Assembly: GCA_019751125.1 (NCBI GenBank)
Contig: JAIENU010000022.1
Span: forward strand, 7,524 to 71,523
Direction of reading: 5' to 3'
DNA from: Burkholderiales bacterium
GTDB lineage: Bacteria; Pseudomonadota; Gammaproteobacteria; Burkholderiales; SG8-41
DNA length: 64,000 bases
Part shown: positions 62,740 to 64,000 of the stretch, in pieces
Position numbering within the stretch: position 1 is the first letter of the stretch
Layout of the letters: each line of letters opens with the position of its first letter
Position numbers and translations under genes: made by a program
Notes under the pieces: generated by a model
Database searches by the model: none
What the model saw: the letters and a program-made list of their open reading frames with translations, nothing else
What the model was told of the DNA's origin: nothing

Positions 62740-63657
62740 ATGCCACCGGCCATCTTCCGCCTCGGCGGCTACCAGAAGCCCGCCTCGATCCACACCCGCG
62801 CCTGCCTGCGTTTCGGCGAGGTGCTGAAGCGCGAAGCCGGCGATGCCGTCGATTTCCAGTTTGTGCCCGACGTGCTGGCGCTGGGCCACAAATCCGGTGA
62901 CCTGCCGAAGATGGTCGAGAGCGGTGAACTGTCAGCCTGCTACATCTCGTCGCTGCGTTATTCGAAATGGGTGCCGGAACTCGCACTGTTCGACCTGCCC
63001 TTCCTGTTCCCGGATCGCACCGCAGCCTACAAGGTGCTCGACGGCAAACTCGGGCAGTCGCTGAAACAAAAAACATCGCAGCAGTCACCGTTCCGCCTGC
63101 TCGCGTACTGGGACAACGGCTTCCGCCACTTCAGCAACAAGATCCGCCCCATCCGCAAGCCGGCCGACTGCAAGGGCATCCGCATCCGCATCCAGATGAG
63201 CGAGCTGCAGGCCGAATCGCTGCGCCTGCTCGGCATGGAGCCGATCCTTGAGGACATCAAGATCTTCGTCGAGCAGATCGCCGGCGACCGCTTCGACGCC
63301 CAGGACAACCCGCTCACCAACATCGTCAACTTCAACGTCCACCAGCACCACCGCCACATCACCCTCTCCGGCCACGTCTACGGCGTTGCCTGCCTGATGG
63401 TCAATCGCGCGCAATACGAGTCATGGCCGGCAGCCGTGCAGCGCGCCGTGGACATCGCCGCGGCGGAAGCCACGGTGCTGCAGCGCCAGCTTGCAGCGGC
63501 GGAAGACGAGGAAATGCTCAAACGACTGGATCCGGCGCAGAACGAGGTGGTGCGGCTGACTTCGGATGAGCACCGCGCGTTTGCGGAGGCGGTTGCTGCG
63601 GTGACGGCGCGCTACCGGAAGGATTACGCGGAGAGTTTTTTTGCGTTGTTGAACTAA
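62740..63657 (+). CDS. TRAP DctP-family solute-binding protein lacking a signal peptide
   Basis: FDLPFLF, WDNGFRH, PADCKGIRIR, DAQDNP, TLSGH. Confidence 0.88.
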   Translation: MPPAIFRLGGYQKPASIHTRACLRFGEVLKREAGDAVDFQFVPDVLALGHKSGDLPKMVESGELSACYISSLRYSKWVPELALFDLPFLFPDRTAAYKVLDGKLGQSLKQKTSQQSPFRLLAYWDNGFRHFSNKIRPIRKPADCKGIRIRIQMSELQAESLRLLGMEPILEDIKIFVEQIAGDRFDAQDNPLTNIVNFNVHQHHRHITLSGHVYGVACLMVNRAQYESWPAAVQRAVDIAAAEATVLQRQLAAAEDEEMLKRLDPAQNEVVRLTSDEHRAFAEAVAAVTARYRKDYAESFFALLN

Positions 63658-63671
63658 ATGCAGCAGAACTT

Positions 63672-63810
63672 GTAGCCCGGATAAGCGAAGCGCCATCCGG
63701 GTCCGTCCCCCAAGGGGACTTGCTTCGGGCGCGCAGCGGACGATTACTCAGCGTATTGGCAAACCCGTAACAACACATCCCCCGGATGGCGCTTCGCTTA
63801 TCCGGGCTAC
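63672..63810. repeat. GTAG-family REP pair in inverted orientation (REPIN)
   Basis: GTAGCCCGGATAAGCGAAGCGCCATCCGGG (63672-63701) and its exact reverse complement (63781-63810), 79-bp spacer. Confidence 0.88.
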
Positions 63811-63815
63811 GACAC

Positions 63816-63998
63816 TCAGGATGCAAACAGTCTTGATAGTGCTTTGTGCGCGGACGCTGTGTTCCATCGCCATTGCCTCGGCTCAGAAAAAAGGACGTAC
63901 TGCTCAAACCACCAACCGAGATGCTTCGTCGGAGTATGCGGCTGCTGCAACAGAATCTGCAGCCGGCTAAGTTCCGCTTGCTCTTGAACTATCGTAGC
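63816..63998 (-). CDS. 3' end of an unidentified gene entering from the window edge
   Basis: Open frame ...ATIVQEQAELSRLQILLQQPHTPTKHLGWWFEQYVLFSEPRQWRWNTASAHKALSRLFAS*; lower-GC codon usage. Confidence 0.45.
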   Translation of the reverse strand, partial: ATIVQEQAELSRLQILLQQPHTPTKHLGWWFEQYVLFSEPRQWRWNTASAHKALSRLFAS

Positions 63999-64000
63999 AA

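Noticed and set aside
63518-63907. 129-aa minus-strand ORF
   Set aside because: Runs through the REP pair and overlaps dctP; translation of repeat DNA.

Overview
High-GC (roughly two-thirds by eye) betaproteobacterial chromosome segment, Burkholderiales-like (N-terminally extended S18, several Bug/TctC receptors). The first ~33 kb is mostly core housekeeping on the minus strand: rpsF-priB-rpsR-rplI, rnr-rlmB, tRNA-Leu(CAG), ndk-rlmN-pilW-rodZ-ispG-hisS-yfgM-bamB-der-hfq-hflX-hflK-hflC-DUF2065-hisZ-purA and accA-tilS. It also holds a TAXI-TRAP transporter and a two-partner secretion pair whose TpsA has one in-frame TGA. The remainder is accessory/metabolic: cyclase-FHA, NYN nuclease, CDF, FlK thioesterase, LLM, Rnk, cytochrome c-EF-hand-BON fusion, a 7-gene putative synthase-dependent exopolysaccharide locus with its own kinase and receiver, and an AtuA/DUF4387/FAH/TauD/Bug catabolic cluster, ending in a REP pair. 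The most striking unexplained signal is an AT-rich ~28-bp IHF-like element (core WWTCAATAAAAACAANNNNTTR). It occurs 11 times in both orientations at gene junctions, mostly 3.5-5.9 kb apart, and often overlaps start/stop codons or signal-peptide codons. No CRISPR, integrase, transposase or prophage was seen. All calls are from motif recognition without database searches.
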